Source of the DNA: Firmicutes bacterium UBA1874
GTDB lineage: Bacteria; Bacillota; UBA1874
Assembly: GCA_002352935.1 (NCBI GenBank)
Contig: DDHO01000004.1
Location: 7,714 to 46,616 of the forward strand
Reading direction: 5' to 3'
DNA length: 38,903 nt
Positions 17,734 to 25,292 of the stretch are shown here, one piece after another; positions within the stretch are counted from its first letter, which is position 1; every line of letters starts with the position of its first letter. The position numbers and the translations under genes were made by a program. Under the pieces are notes generated by a model, which did not search any database, had not been told where the DNA came from, and was given only the letters and a program-made list of their open reading frames with translations.

Positions 17734-17759
17734 GAAAATAATACGGACATAGTAAGTAA

Positions 17760-17797
17760 GGGGATAGGATTATTGTTCTATCTCCTTTTTATTGTTT
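17760..17797 (+). terminator. Rho-independent terminator after spoIIP
   Basis: ggggatag (17760-17767) pairs with ctatctcc (17778-17785): 8 bp including one G-U pair, with a 10-nt loop, followed by TTTTTATTGTTTT. Confidence 0.7.
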
Positions 17798-17855
17798 TCC
17801 TGAAGGTGATATAATAAATGAAGGTTTGTCTATAATCTGTGAAAGGAGTAAACTG

Positions 17856-19415
17856 GTGTCGGCAAAAAGCGGGATGTTAAAAGCTGCAGGCTTAATTATG
17901 GTTGCCATGATTATCTCGCGTATCCTTGGCTACGCGCGGGATATGGTCATTTATTCAGAATTTGGTCAAAATAGACTTACCGATGCTTATAACGCGGCTT
18001 TTTCCATTCCTGATTTTCTTTACCTGCTTTTAGTCGGAGGAGCATTAAGTTCTGCTTTTATTCCGGTGTTTTCAAGTTATCTTGCTAATAACCGGGAAGA
18101 GGAAGCATGGGAAGTTGCCAGCACTGTATTTAATATTATAATTTTGCTGGTGCTGGTCGGTATCATCCTGGGTTACATATTTACACCGCAACTGATATAT
18201 TTGCTTGTACCCGGCTTTTCTCCTGAAACGGCTGGGCTAGCCGTTAAATTGACCCGTATTATGTTTATCCAAGTAATATTTATGGCACTCAGCGGCATGT
18301 CCATGGGTGTGCTTAATTCCCATCAACACTTTTTTGCACCTGCAATGGGTTCTATTCTATATAATCTGGGAATAATCCTGGTAGGCCTTATCCTTTCCCG
18401 TAACTACGGCATCACCGGTTTTTCTATAGGAGTGGTAGCAGGTTCTATATTAAATTTCGTAATTCAGATCCCGGCACTTTTAAAAAAAGGTTTGCACTAC
18501 AAGTTGAGTATAAATGTTTATCATCCTGGAGTCAGGCGTATGGCAGTTTTAATTCTTCCTATCCTTATAAGCCTCTCTGTAACCCAACTGAATCTCTTTG
18601 TAACTCAGAACCTGGCGTCTAATCTATTTCCAGGCAGTGTGGCAGCCCTGAAAACCGCTTACCGCTTAATGCATCTTCCTATCGGCATTTTTGCTGTAGC
18701 AATTGCCGTAGCTGTTTTTCCTTCTATGTCCAGCTTCGTAGCGAGGGGCGAGATGGGCCAGTTTCGCCGTAGTGTTTCGTTGGGTCTGCGATCAATTGTG
18801 TTTCTTAATTTACCAGCTGCGGCCGGTTTTATTGCACTGGGCGAGCCCCTTATACGACTGCTTTTTGAACACGGAAAATTTACACCCCAGGCAACGCAGG
18901 CTACGGCCCATGCCCTGCTCTTTTACTCTTTTGGAATCTTTGCGTATGCTTCGTTGCATGTTTTAAACAGAAGTTTTTATGCCATTCAGGATACGCGTAC
19001 CCCAATGTTTGTAGGTCTGTTATCTATAACAGCCAATATTTTTCTAAGCTATACGCTTGTAAAAGTAATGAATCATGTTGGACTTGCTCTTGCTTATTCG
19101 CTGGCAGGTATGTTCAATATGATGCTGCTAGTTTATTTTTTAAGGAGAAAAACAGGCCCCATGGGCGGAAAACTGATGATGACTTCCTTCGTTAAGAGCC
19201 TGGTGGCATCGCTCGTCATGGGTGCAGTAGTATTCGCAACAGCGGAATATACGGAGCAAATTGTTGACCTGAGTTTTAAATGGGCCCAAGGCCTGCAGGT
19301 AGGATTGGCAGTGGGTGTGGGAATAGCTGTTTATACACTGCTCGTAATAGTTTTAAAGATAGATGAGGCTCGTACCGTATTGGAAGTCGCCCGGAAACGT
19401 TTCAGGCGCCAGTAA
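17856..19415 (+). CDS. murJ: Lipid II flippase MurJ/MviN
   Basis: SRILGYARDMVIYSEFG...TDAYNAAFSIPDF matches the MurJ N-terminal signature; about 14 TM spans. The GTG at 17856 has AAAGGAG 7 nt upstream. Confidence 0.9.
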   Translation: MSAKSGMLKAAGLIMVAMIISRILGYARDMVIYSEFGQNRLTDAYNAAFSIPDFLYLLLVGGALSSAFIPVFSSYLANNREEEAWEVASTVFNIIILLVLVGIILGYIFTPQLIYLLVPGFSPETAGLAVKLTRIMFIQVIFMALSGMSMGVLNSHQHFFAPAMGSILYNLGIILVGLILSRNYGITGFSIGVVAGSILNFVIQIPALLKKGLHYKLSINVYHPGVRRMAVLILPILISLSVTQLNLFVTQNLASNLFPGSVAALKTAYRLMHLPIGIFAVAIAVAVFPSMSSFVARGEMGQFRRSVSLGLRSIVFLNLPAAAGFIALGEPLIRLLFEHGKFTPQATQATAHALLFYSFGIFAYASLHVLNRSFYAIQDTRTPMFVGLLSITANIFLSYTLVKVMNHVGLALAYSLAGMFNMMLLVYFLRRKTGPMGGKLMMTSFVKSLVASLVMGAVVFATAEYTEQIVDLSFKWAQGLQVGLAVGVGIAVYTLLVIVLKIDEARTVLEVARKRFRRQ

Positions 19416-19490
19416 TGACAGGCGAAAGTATAATACCTGCCTTCTTAAAAAGGCCGGAACCTCTAAGTCGAGCAGCTCGTTTGTTCAGCG

Positions 19491-20014
19491 TTACCTTTGC
19501 TTCTTGAGTTCTTCGGTTTCCTCTACTGGGCAGGCTGGTGGTTGCCCTCTTTTTTGGTAAGCGATTTGCACGGAGGAGCCTCCATGGAACGCAGGGAAAC
19601 TATTGTTCTATCCTTGTAATCGGGGCGGCATGTTGCAGGAGGGATTTTTTACTGTTGAGCAAAGCTGTTTGAATCTATCATCGACTGTACCGACCTGTTT
19701 TTTAGGGATAAAATGTGCAAATTCATCCTGTTTTCGCTGTTTCCATTGCGGTTGCCACCAAAAGGCTTCCTTCCCTCAGCGGCCCGGAACAGCGGGCGAT
19801 TTTTCCACATTAAAGTTGCAGCTTTGTCTAAATTTACCGGCCCAATAATTATAGAAAGCGATGCGGCAGCATTATGAAAGAGTTTTTCGGTTCCTTTCGT
19901 CTTTTTCGTTTTAATTTTACATTTTTTTTGCAGAAGGGCAATTTTTCCAAGAACAATCAGGATAATGAAGGAAAAAATACTGTATCCATAGAAGTTTATA
20001 CGACAGGATATTCG
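19491..20014 (-). pseudogene. Possible decayed gene of unknown family
   Basis: One minus-strand frame is open for 121 codons (20014-19652) with a TM-like start (YGYSIFSFIILIVLGKIALL) but no ATG/GTG/TTG before codon 74. A second frame (19871-19494) reads protein-like (AFYNYWAGKF...EAFWWQPQWKQRKQDEFAHFIPKKQVGTVDDRFKQL) but is broken by TGA (19776-19778) and TAG (19608-19610). Confidence 0.25.
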
Positions 20015-20318
20015 TTATTATAATTTATACATGTTGATCGCTAAAAGTCGTATATGAATCGGGCACATGACTTGCTCTCAGTTTTTTGGGTTCATTCACC
20101 AAATTGACTGCAGGAAAAATAAATTATCCCATCAGATAAGTAATTTTCTATTATTATGATGCCTGCCTTCACTTCTCCTCTTACATGGTTATTTGCAGTG
20201 ACGCCCAAATCACTGAGATGCTGTTTTGCCAAAAAATTCATGCTTCCCGAGCAATCCTACGTTATGTGTGATCAACGGTATATTTCTCTAAATAAATTAA
20301 ATTACAAGGGTGGTTTTT

Positions 20319-21092
20319 ATGAAAGCGATTATTTTGGCCGGCGGGTTTGCCACGCGTTTGTTTCCCCTGACCAAGCACATTCCCAAGGCTCTGCTGCCGG
20401 TTGACGGCAAGCCCATTATCGATTTTCTGCTGGAAAAGATACAAGAGGAGGAAGAAATAGATGAAATTATCATTTCCATCAACGCCAGGTTTAAAAACCA
20501 TTTCCTCTACTGGAAGCGGTGCGTTTCCCACAATTCCCCAGGAACTATTTCAATCGTAACGGAGCCGACCACAAAAGAAGAGGAAAAACTGGGCGCTGTC
20601 GGGGGTTTGAACTACGTTATCGAACGGAAGGGTCTGGAGGGAGAGGAGCTCTTTGTTGCTGCCGGCGACAATCTTTTTGAGTTTCGCCTTGCTGATTTTG
20701 TTGCTTTTTACCGGGAACATGGAAACAATCCCGTCATAGCCTTTTGCGACTTGCAGAGCGAAGACAGAGTGCGGGGAAAATATGGAGTTGGCATACTGGA
20801 TGAGAACAGTAAAGTTGTGGACTTTCAGGAGAAATCTCACCGTCCGAAATCTACCCTAGCTTCTACATGTTGCTATTTGTACCCGGCCTGGACTACCAGG
20901 TTAATCAAAGAATACCTTGAGGACCCCGGGCAGGACCGGGATGCTCCCGGGTACTTCATGGACTGGCTGCGCCAAAAAACCGAGGTGTATGGTTTCGCGT
21001 TCCAGGAAGCCTGGTACGACATCGGCTCTTTTTCGACTTATGATCAGGTAAACGAGGATTACAAAGGAAAGGTTGTCATTCAGTATGAGTAA
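20319..21092 (+). CDS. Sugar-1-phosphate nucleotidyltransferase (NDP-glucose pyrophosphorylase-like)
   Basis: The N-terminal MKAIILAGGFATRLFPLTKHIPKALLPV is the G-x-G-T-R-L nucleotidyltransferase signature; 257 aa. The ATG at 20319 was chosen over the track's GTG at 20310. Confidence 0.85.
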   Translation: MKAIILAGGFATRLFPLTKHIPKALLPVDGKPIIDFLLEKIQEEEEIDEIIISINARFKNHFLYWKRCVSHNSPGTISIVTEPTTKEEEKLGAVGGLNYVIERKGLEGEELFVAAGDNLFEFRLADFVAFYREHGNNPVIAFCDLQSEDRVRGKYGVGILDENSKVVDFQEKSHRPKSTLASTCCYLYPAWTTRLIKEYLEDPGQDRDAPGYFMDWLRQKTEVYGFAFQEAWYDIGSFSTYDQVNEDYKGKVVIQYE

Positions 21093-23265
21093 AATATTGA
21101 TTGTTTCTAACAGGCTGCCGCTCAACGTGGTCAAAAACCACAACAGGCTACATTACAAGTTTAGTGCGGGGGGACTGGCGACCGGCGTTAATTCTGTTTT
21201 TGAATCCGGGGAAAAAAACGTATGGATAGGCTGGCCCGGGATTCCTTTAGAAAATATTTCTGAACGTAACCGGCAAGAAATAAGTGACCGGTTAACCGCT
21301 AAAAAATTTTATCCGGTGTTCCTTACCAACCAGCAGGTGAACCGGTATTACAACGGCTTTAGCAATGAGACTATATGGCCCCTTTTTCATTATTTTCCTC
21401 AGCACACCATCTACAACACTGATTTCTGGGAAGCTTACCGGGAGGTTAACGAAGTCTTTTGCCAGGCAGTGCTGGAAAATTATGAGCCCGGGGACGTCGT
21501 ATGGGTTCATGACTACCACCTGCTGCTTCTGCCGGGCCTTCTGCGGGAAAAAATTCCTCAGGCCAGTATAGGCTTTTTCCTGCACATACCTTTCCCTTCT
21601 TTTGAGCTATTTCGCTTTCTTCCCTGGCGTCAGGAAATCTTGCAGGGTATTTTGGGATCAGACCTTATCGGGTTTCATACCTACGATTACGTCTGCCACT
21701 TTTGTAACAGCATCCGTCGGCTGTTAGGGTATGACCACACCTTCGGAAGAGTTCTGGTCAACAACCGCTTGGTAAAGGTAGATTCGTTTGCCATGGGCAT
21801 CGATTACCTGCGATTCACCCAGGCAATGTGCGAACCGGAAGTAAAAGCCGAAATGAAAAAAATTTACAACAAGGTCGGAGAACAAAAAATAATTTTATCT
21901 ATAGACAGGCTGGATTACTCTAAAGGCATTCCGCAGCGACTGGAAGCCTACGATTTATTTTTAGAAAGCAACCCGGAATACAGGGAGCGTGTCGTTTTGA
22001 TAATGGCAGCCGTTCCCTCGCGCATAAAAATTGAACATTACATACTGTTAAAAAAAAATGTGGATGAGCTGGTAGGGCGCATAAACGGCAAGTACGGGAC
22101 TATGAGGTGGATGCCGGTGTGGTATATATACCGGTTTTTGCCTTTTTCCACCTTGGTAGCCCTGTACGGGGCTGCTGATGCCTGTCTTGTTACTCCCCTG
22201 CGCGACGGCATGAACCTGATTGCCAAGGAATATGTAGCTGCCTGCAAAGACGGCCGGGGCGTGTTGATCCTCAGCGAAACAGCCGGCGCGGCCCAGGAGC
22301 TGGGCGAAGCGCTCATCGTAAATCCAAACAGCAAGGAAGAAGTTAAAGGGGCTTTGGAGGAAGCTCTGGCTATGCCGGAAGAAAAGCAAGCGGAGCGTAA
22401 CCGGGAAATGCAGAAGCGCTTGGAACGCTACGATGTAATACAGTGGGCAACAACTTTTCACCACAGTTTATCGGCCATCAAAAGCAAGCAGCATGAGCTG
22501 CAGGCCAAATTTTTGAGCCTCGAAATTGAACACAAACTGGTACAGGATTATCGGCAGAGCGAGCGGGCGCTTTTCCTGTTGGATTATGATGGCACTCTGG
22601 TTCCTTTCTCCAAAAAGCTGGAAGATGCCAGGCCGGACGAGGAAGTACTGAACCTGCTGCAAGCGCTTTCCCAAAAACAGGAAAATGAAGTTGTCATTAT
22701 CAGCGGGCGAGACAGAAAAACTATGGATGAGTGGCTGGGCAGTCTATCCCTTTCTCTCAGTGCTGAACACGGTATGTGGCTCAAAGACAGAAACAAAGAC
22801 TGGGAGATGTCGGAACCCATGGATGATAGCTGGAAACAGGAGATTCGCCCGATTTTGGAACTGTACGTAGCCAGGACACCGGGTTCTTTCATTGAAGAAA
22901 AAGAGTTTTCCCTGGTCTGGCACTACCGCAAAGCAGATTCCGACCTGGCCAGGGCCAGACTGGGAGAGCTTAAAGATGAGCTTTTTCATTTAGTGGGCAA
23001 CTACGACCTGGCCATTCTGGAAGGAAGCAAAGTGCTGGAAATAAAGAATGCCCGCATAAACAAAGGGAGGGCTGCTCAGAACTGGATGTCTGAAGAATAT
23101 GACTTTGTACTGGCTTTAGGGGACGACAAAACGGATGAAGAATTATTTGCAGTTCTCCCCGAATGGGCATATACTGTTAAAGTAGGCCGCGAGCCCTCCC
23201 GTGCGCGGTTCAATATAGATTCGTTTAAGGAAGCGAGATCACTATTAAAAAAAATGGTGGGATGA
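21085..23265 (+). CDS. Bifunctional trehalose-6-phosphate synthase / trehalose-6-phosphate phosphatase (TPSP fusion)
   Basis: N-terminal GT20 domain (GFFLHIPFPSFELFRFLPWR) and C-terminal HAD phosphatase domain (LFLLDYDGTLVPF ... GDDKTDEELF). The ATG overlaps the upstream stop (ATGAGTAA). Confidence 0.88.
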   Translation: MSKILIVSNRLPLNVVKNHNRLHYKFSAGGLATGVNSVFESGEKNVWIGWPGIPLENISERNRQEISDRLTAKKFYPVFLTNQQVNRYYNGFSNETIWPLFHYFPQHTIYNTDFWEAYREVNEVFCQAVLENYEPGDVVWVHDYHLLLLPGLLREKIPQASIGFFLHIPFPSFELFRFLPWRQEILQGILGSDLIGFHTYDYVCHFCNSIRRLLGYDHTFGRVLVNNRLVKVDSFAMGIDYLRFTQAMCEPEVKAEMKKIYNKVGEQKIILSIDRLDYSKGIPQRLEAYDLFLESNPEYRERVVLIMAAVPSRIKIEHYILLKKNVDELVGRINGKYGTMRWMPVWYIYRFLPFSTLVALYGAADACLVTPLRDGMNLIAKEYVAACKDGRGVLILSETAGAAQELGEALIVNPNSKEEVKGALEEALAMPEEKQAERNREMQKRLERYDVIQWATTFHHSLSAIKSKQHELQAKFLSLEIEHKLVQDYRQSERALFLLDYDGTLVPFSKKLEDARPDEEVLNLLQALSQKQENEVVIISGRDRKTMDEWLGSLSLSLSAEHGMWLKDRNKDWEMSEPMDDSWKQEIRPILELYVARTPGSFIEEKEFSLVWHYRKADSDLARARLGELKDELFHLVGNYDLAILEGSKVLEIKNARINKGRAAQNWMSEEYDFVLALGDDKTDEELFAVLPEWAYTVKVGREPSRARFNIDSFKEARSLLKKMVG

Positions 23266-23269
23266 AAAT

Positions 23270-24472
23270 ATGCACAGTTTAGAAGATTACCGGGGAATTG
23301 TTGGAGAAGAAGTGATAGCCGGAATCCATAAAAAAACAAGGAGTCTTTACGGAAAACACATTGTGCACGTTAATTCTACATACCAGGGTGGAGGAGTGGC
23401 CGAAATTTTGGCTTCTCTTGTACCGCTGATGAATGACATCGGTGTGGACACGGGGTGGAGGATACTGCACGGTAGCCCTGACTTTTTCGGCATAACTAAA
23501 AAGTTTCACAATTCGCTGCAGGGAGACAGGATTAACTTTACAGATATAAAGAAAGAGCTCTATGTTCAAAACAACGAGTATTTTTCCAGCTATACACACC
23601 TGGATCATGACTGCGTAATAGTACACGACCCTCAGCCTCTTCCCCTCATCGAGTTCTACAAAAAAAGCCAGCCTTGGATTTGGAGGTGTCATGTAGAGCT
23701 GAAGGACCCGGACCCGGCAGTGTTCGATTTTTTGAAATACTTTATTTTACGGTACGATACGGCGGTGGTATCCAACGAAAAGTTCAAGAAGTATTTTCCG
23801 CCCGTAGACCTCAAGATATTTTATCCGGCGATCGATCCTCTTTCAGCTAAAAATATGGAACTCCCTCGGGAAGTTATGCGGAAGTATTTAACAAAACATT
23901 CCTTGCCGACAGATAAGCCAATCATTACCCAGGTGTCGAGATTCGACAAGTGGAAAGACCCGGAAGGGGTCCTGGAAGTTTTCAAATTAGTTAAGGAAAA
24001 AGTGGACTGCCGTCTTATACTTTGCGGCGGCATGGCAACGGATGACCCGGAGGGAGACATAGTTTTTAAAAGGGTTCAGCAGAAAGCAAAAGATATGGAA
24101 GATGTTATTTTGATGACCAACCTTACGCATCTCATGGTAAACGTCCTGCAGCGCAGTTCACAGGTTATTATTCAAAAATCTCTCGTGGAAGGCTTCGGGC
24201 TTACGGTGACGGAGGGGTTGTGGAAGGAAAAGCCGGTCGTGGCTTCCAACGTGGGCGGAATACCCTTGCAAATTAAAGATGGGGAAAATGGCTTTCTCTT
24301 CGATCCTCAGGATCTGGAAGGATTTGCCAACAAGATCGTAGAGCTTTTAAAGAACCAGGATATGGCCCGGGAAGTGGGGCGGAGAGCCAAGGAATCTGTT
24401 CGGCAGAACTTTCTCATTACCCGACTGCTAACGAATTATTTGGAACTGCTCGATGAAGTTATTAACCGGTAG
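23270..24472 (+). CDS. treT: TreT-like trehalose glycosyltransferring synthase (GT4)
   Basis: The N-terminal LEDYRGIVGEE...HVNSTYQGGGVAEILASLVPL closely resembles archaeal/Thermotoga TreT as I recall it. The C-terminal block is GT4-type: EGFGLTVTEGLWKEKPVVASNVGGIP. Confidence 0.75.
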   Translation: MHSLEDYRGIVGEEVIAGIHKKTRSLYGKHIVHVNSTYQGGGVAEILASLVPLMNDIGVDTGWRILHGSPDFFGITKKFHNSLQGDRINFTDIKKELYVQNNEYFSSYTHLDHDCVIVHDPQPLPLIEFYKKSQPWIWRCHVELKDPDPAVFDFLKYFILRYDTAVVSNEKFKKYFPPVDLKIFYPAIDPLSAKNMELPREVMRKYLTKHSLPTDKPIITQVSRFDKWKDPEGVLEVFKLVKEKVDCRLILCGGMATDDPEGDIVFKRVQQKAKDMEDVILMTNLTHLMVNVLQRSSQVIIQKSLVEGFGLTVTEGLWKEKPVVASNVGGIPLQIKDGENGFLFDPQDLEGFANKIVELLKNQDMAREVGRRAKESVRQNFLITRLLTNYLELLDEVINR

Positions 24473-24865
24473 TGTGCGGAAAAGTTCACTGGGGCCTCCA
24501 GCACATGGATACACAACAAGAATGTTCTTCCATTTCCAACAACGGGCGAGGCAAGCACCCTTAATAAAAGCGGCTGCCGGCGGAAAAAGGCTTGGAACCT
24601 TCGGACAGTTTTGGGTCCGCGGCCTGCACTATATAATCGGACTGGCCGTTCATATAATGGGCCGGGAGCAGACGGAACGACATTTTCCCGCTGCCTCCCG
24701 GAGGTTTAGTCCGTCTCTCCTCCGGAAGATAAAGTCTATGTTTTCCCTTTTAGGAACTTCCTGTAGTTGCTGCTTTTTTCCCGACAAGGAAACTGCTCCG
24801 GCCGGCAGGGCAACGGCAGCAGCGCTTTTTTATCCTGCCGTACCTTTGCTTTTTAACGGCGGCCG

Positions 24866-24964
24866 GGGTTCTAACCCTCCTTTATGCTATCACACCCTTT
24901 ATCCCAGCGACACTCTTTACCCTTGTTGAGAAAGGGTTCTAACCCTCCTTTATGCTATCACACC
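24866..24964. repeat. Tandem direct repeat: two identical 31-nt cores with a 68-bp period
   Basis: gggttctaaccctcctttatgctatcacacc occurs at 24866-24896 and again at 24934-24964. The sequences after each core are related but diverged (gacactctttaccc..ttgttgag versus ggcactgtttaccttaccctgttagat). Confidence 0.85.
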
Positions 24965-25183
24965 TGGCACTGTTTACCTTACCCTGTTAGATTAAAGTTG
25001 TTATGGGAAAAATAAAAGAGAATGACTCATTGGAAAATATTAAATGAACACCAGGATGTCTTTCAAAAATTTACAAAATAAAAGAGTAAGGAAAAAATTG
25101 GAGCCGAACTTACAGGTTAATCACTTTAGGGTGCAAATGAAATGGTGGGGGATCGGAAGGAGCAAAACTGTCTAATCAGTTTA

Positions 25184-25213
25184 TTGCTGTTTCTTCACGC
25201 TTGGTGCTATAAT
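25184..25213 (+). promoter_or_regulatory. Candidate sigma-A promoter of lepA
   Basis: TTGCTG - 18 nt - TATAAT with an extended -10 TG (gTGcTATAAT), about 80 nt upstream of the lepA ATG. Confidence 0.45.
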
Positions 25214-25262
25214 AAAAAACGAGCGGGTTTGCTGAAAAAAAGTGCTATTATATTTAAATGTT

Positions 25263-25282
25263 TTGTACAAGCTGTTGTACAA
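25263..25282 (+). promoter_or_regulatory. Twin TTGTACAA palindromes / perfect 8-bp hairpin abutting the lepA Shine-Dalgarno
   Basis: TTGTACAA-GCTG-TTGTACAA. Each half is self-complementary, and the two halves pair perfectly with each other. The last AA is the start of AAGGAGG (25281-25287). Confidence 0.4.
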
Positions 25283-25292
25283 GGAGGCAATT

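Noticed and set aside
19363-19848. + strand ORFs 19363..19560 and 19603..19848
   Set aside because: They are Cys/Ser/Phe-rich nonsense with no RBS, and the first overlaps the murJ end. The minus strand gives more protein-like though broken reading frames.
20156-20531. ORFs 20156..20404 (+), 20262..20531 (-) and 20297..20482 (-)
   Set aside because: They run into or lie antisense to the well-supported nucleotidyltransferase gene, and they show no motifs or RBS.
24453-24929. 158-aa + strand ORF starting inside the treT end
   Set aside because: It is out of frame with treT and has no SD. Its composition (Ala/Gly/Arg/Pro/Cys-rich, CSCCFF) is typical of an open frame in GC-rich non-coding DNA, and it ends within the tandem repeat.
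24866-24964. Mini CRISPR array (31-nt repeat, 37-nt spacer) or tRNA-fragment att site
   Set aside because: There are only two copies, and the 'spacer' and the sequence after the second copy are homologous to each other, which indicates a tandem duplication. No cas genes are present. The repeat lacks typical CRISPR termini. The GGTTCTAACCC segment does not fold as a T-arm, since the stem and loop lengths are wrong.
24983-25170. Short + strand ORFs (13 aa at about 25003 and 42 aa starting at about 25044) upstream of lepA as a possible yqxA-like gene
   Set aside because: They have no SD, are very basic low-complexity sequences in AT-rich DNA, and are far shorter than YqxA.
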